Assembly (NCBI RefSeq): GCF_036321535.1
Contig: NC_087437.1
Span: forward strand, 115,942,001-116,006,000
Direction: 5' to 3'
Length of the DNA: 64,000 bases
Source of the DNA: Camelus dromedarius
Lineage: Eukaryota
The position numbers and the translations under genes were made by a program. Below the pieces are notes generated by a model. It searched no databases, had not been told where the DNA came from, and saw only the letters and a program-made list of their open reading frames with translations. How positions within the stretch are numbered: the first letter of the stretch is position 1; every line of letters begins with the position of its first letter. This document shows positions 62,505 through 64,000 of this stretch, piece by piece.

Positions 62505-62710
62505 ACGTGTGTGTGTGCATGTATATTTGTGTGTATATGCATGCGTGCATTTGTGTGTTCATGTATACGTATGTGTATACACGTGTGCGCGTGCATGTGT
62601 ATCTGTGTGTTCATGCATGTACACATGTTTTCTGTTTCTGCATGTGCAGGTGTGTGGATGCATGTGAGCCCATGTGTGAGTGTTTACACATGCATGGGCA
62701 CGTGTGTGTG
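62505..62710. repeat. TG/TA/CA alternating low-complexity tract
   Basis: ~200 bp of tgtgtgcatgtatat-type alternation. Confidence 0.9.
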
Positions 62711-62961
62711 AGCTTATGCGTGGCTATGTGGTGGAATTGGCAAAGGAGGGGTGAGGGCAGGGAATACAAAGAATTCCACACTTCTGAAAGGTCAAGTGCA
62801 AGGAGGGCAGCATGATGAGGGTGGAGCCAGGTCTGGGGGGTCCTCGAGCAACACACTGAGGAGACCGGCTTTGGGTTTTCCTTCCAGGGACTCTCTTGAT
62901 AATCTTCACGGAGTGAGATGTGTGATGGGAGCAGGTCAGGACGGGTAGCCTCTTACACCTT

Positions 62962-63345
62962 TGGAATAGTTTGGGTTCCCCAGAGGCAGAGCCTGAGGCA
63001 GGGATCCGGGAGTCCTGGCTTAAAGAGGCCACGCTCTCAGGAGAAAGATGCGGGATACGGTAGGGGCTAAGCAAGGCTGCGCGCTCAGCCGAGGCTCTGC
63101 CTCAGCCCGATTCTGTAGTGAGACTGCATCACAGAGCCCGTTCTGCCTCCTGAAAAGTGGGCGTCCTTTTGCTCCTGGTATCAGTTGGTCTCTGGGGGTG
63201 GGGATGGCGAGAGGATGCATTTGTGGCCGAGGCCCGTTCTCCAGAGAAGGGTCAGCTGTGCGTGCTTACTGGTTGGCACCTAAGGGGATGGGTGCACTGG
63301 CTGGTGATGGGTATCTGGGCAGGACACCAATAGCATCTACTCACA
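62962..63345 (-). mobile_element. LTR33/LTR16-like ERVL LTR
   Basis: AGTTTGGGTTCCCCAGAGGCAGAGCCTGAGGCAGGGAT start; ends ATCTGGGCAGGACACCAATAGCATCTACTCACA. Confidence 0.65.
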
Positions 63346-64000
63346 GTACATAGTATTTTTATAAATTCCTTGAGCAGTTCTAGAAATTAGGGTTAAATTA
63401 ATTTGATGTTAGTTGCTTTCATTGAGAAAACTTCCTTTAACATAATAAACACCCTCAATAACAGTACTATGATTTTTTTGCAGAGTATTTCTCAGCTCCA
63501 TATTGGATTACTAAATTCTTAGCTTACTGATTTTTTTTGCCATAGGTTCTATGCCAAAAATCACTTCCGTAACATTCCAGATAGAAAGCAGACATTCTTT
63601 TTAACCGAAGTCTTAAAAAATAGTTTCAAATTTAAGATGGGCTTGAATTAATAAAACCTGTACCTGAGAAGCCAGCAATACCCTGAAACTCTCTTCCGTC
63701 TGATGTTGGCATGGTGCTTAGACAAGGCTTTCCTGTCCCTAATCCACGAGGGTGTGGGTGGGAGGAGGGGAGCCATTTACCAAACCTGAGTTTGGTTACT
63801 GTTAAAGAGAAATTATCCTGACACTTGTTACAGTGATAAGACTTTATTTAAGACTATTGTAACCGGGGAGAGAGACTGAACTCAGCTGCAACCGCTACTA
63901 GCTTGGACAGCAGTAACTGTTTCGGCAGAAAGAATTGGCTCCCCATAGTGGAGGAAGGACTCCTAAATTGATTCTAGGTCCTGCCTGTTTGCTTTTCGGG

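Noticed and set aside
19928..62794. NBRE (AAAGGTCA) matches at 19928, 24944, 29238 and 62787
   Set aside because: About two exact 8-mer hits are expected by chance on both strands of 64 kb; scattered, not clustered

Overview
Mammalian genomic DNA, very probably camelid (alpaca/camel type), judged from a tRNA-Ala-derived vic-1-like SINE and artiodactyl-type L1 3' ends. The window holds no complete protein-coding sequence. Its main feature is a CpG island (~38.6-40.0 kb) with a minus-strand non-coding first exon ending in a strong donor (CAAG|GTAAGA, last exon base 38714). From memory, not a search, this exon matches the 5' leader of KCNJ6 (GIRK2/Kir3.2). On that reading, 1-38713 is the first part of the long intron 1 and exon 2 lies outside the window. 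40-64 kb is upstream intergenic DNA with a nested L1/LTR pile-up at 49-57.6 kb. The rest is ancient repeats (L2, MIR, CR1/L3, MLT1/MLT2/ERVL LTRs, MER5/MER58/MER91) and microsatellites. The ORF track is noise or decayed L1, and I see no CRISPR array or prokaryote-type system. Best leads: two strong and one weak RE1/NRSE (REST) sites in intron 1, a dense chain of overlapping uORFs in exon 1, and a candidate 144-nt cassette exon whose ATG could N-terminally extend GIRK2. Repeat family names are by-eye recognition and most repeat boundaries are approximate unless a TSD is quoted.
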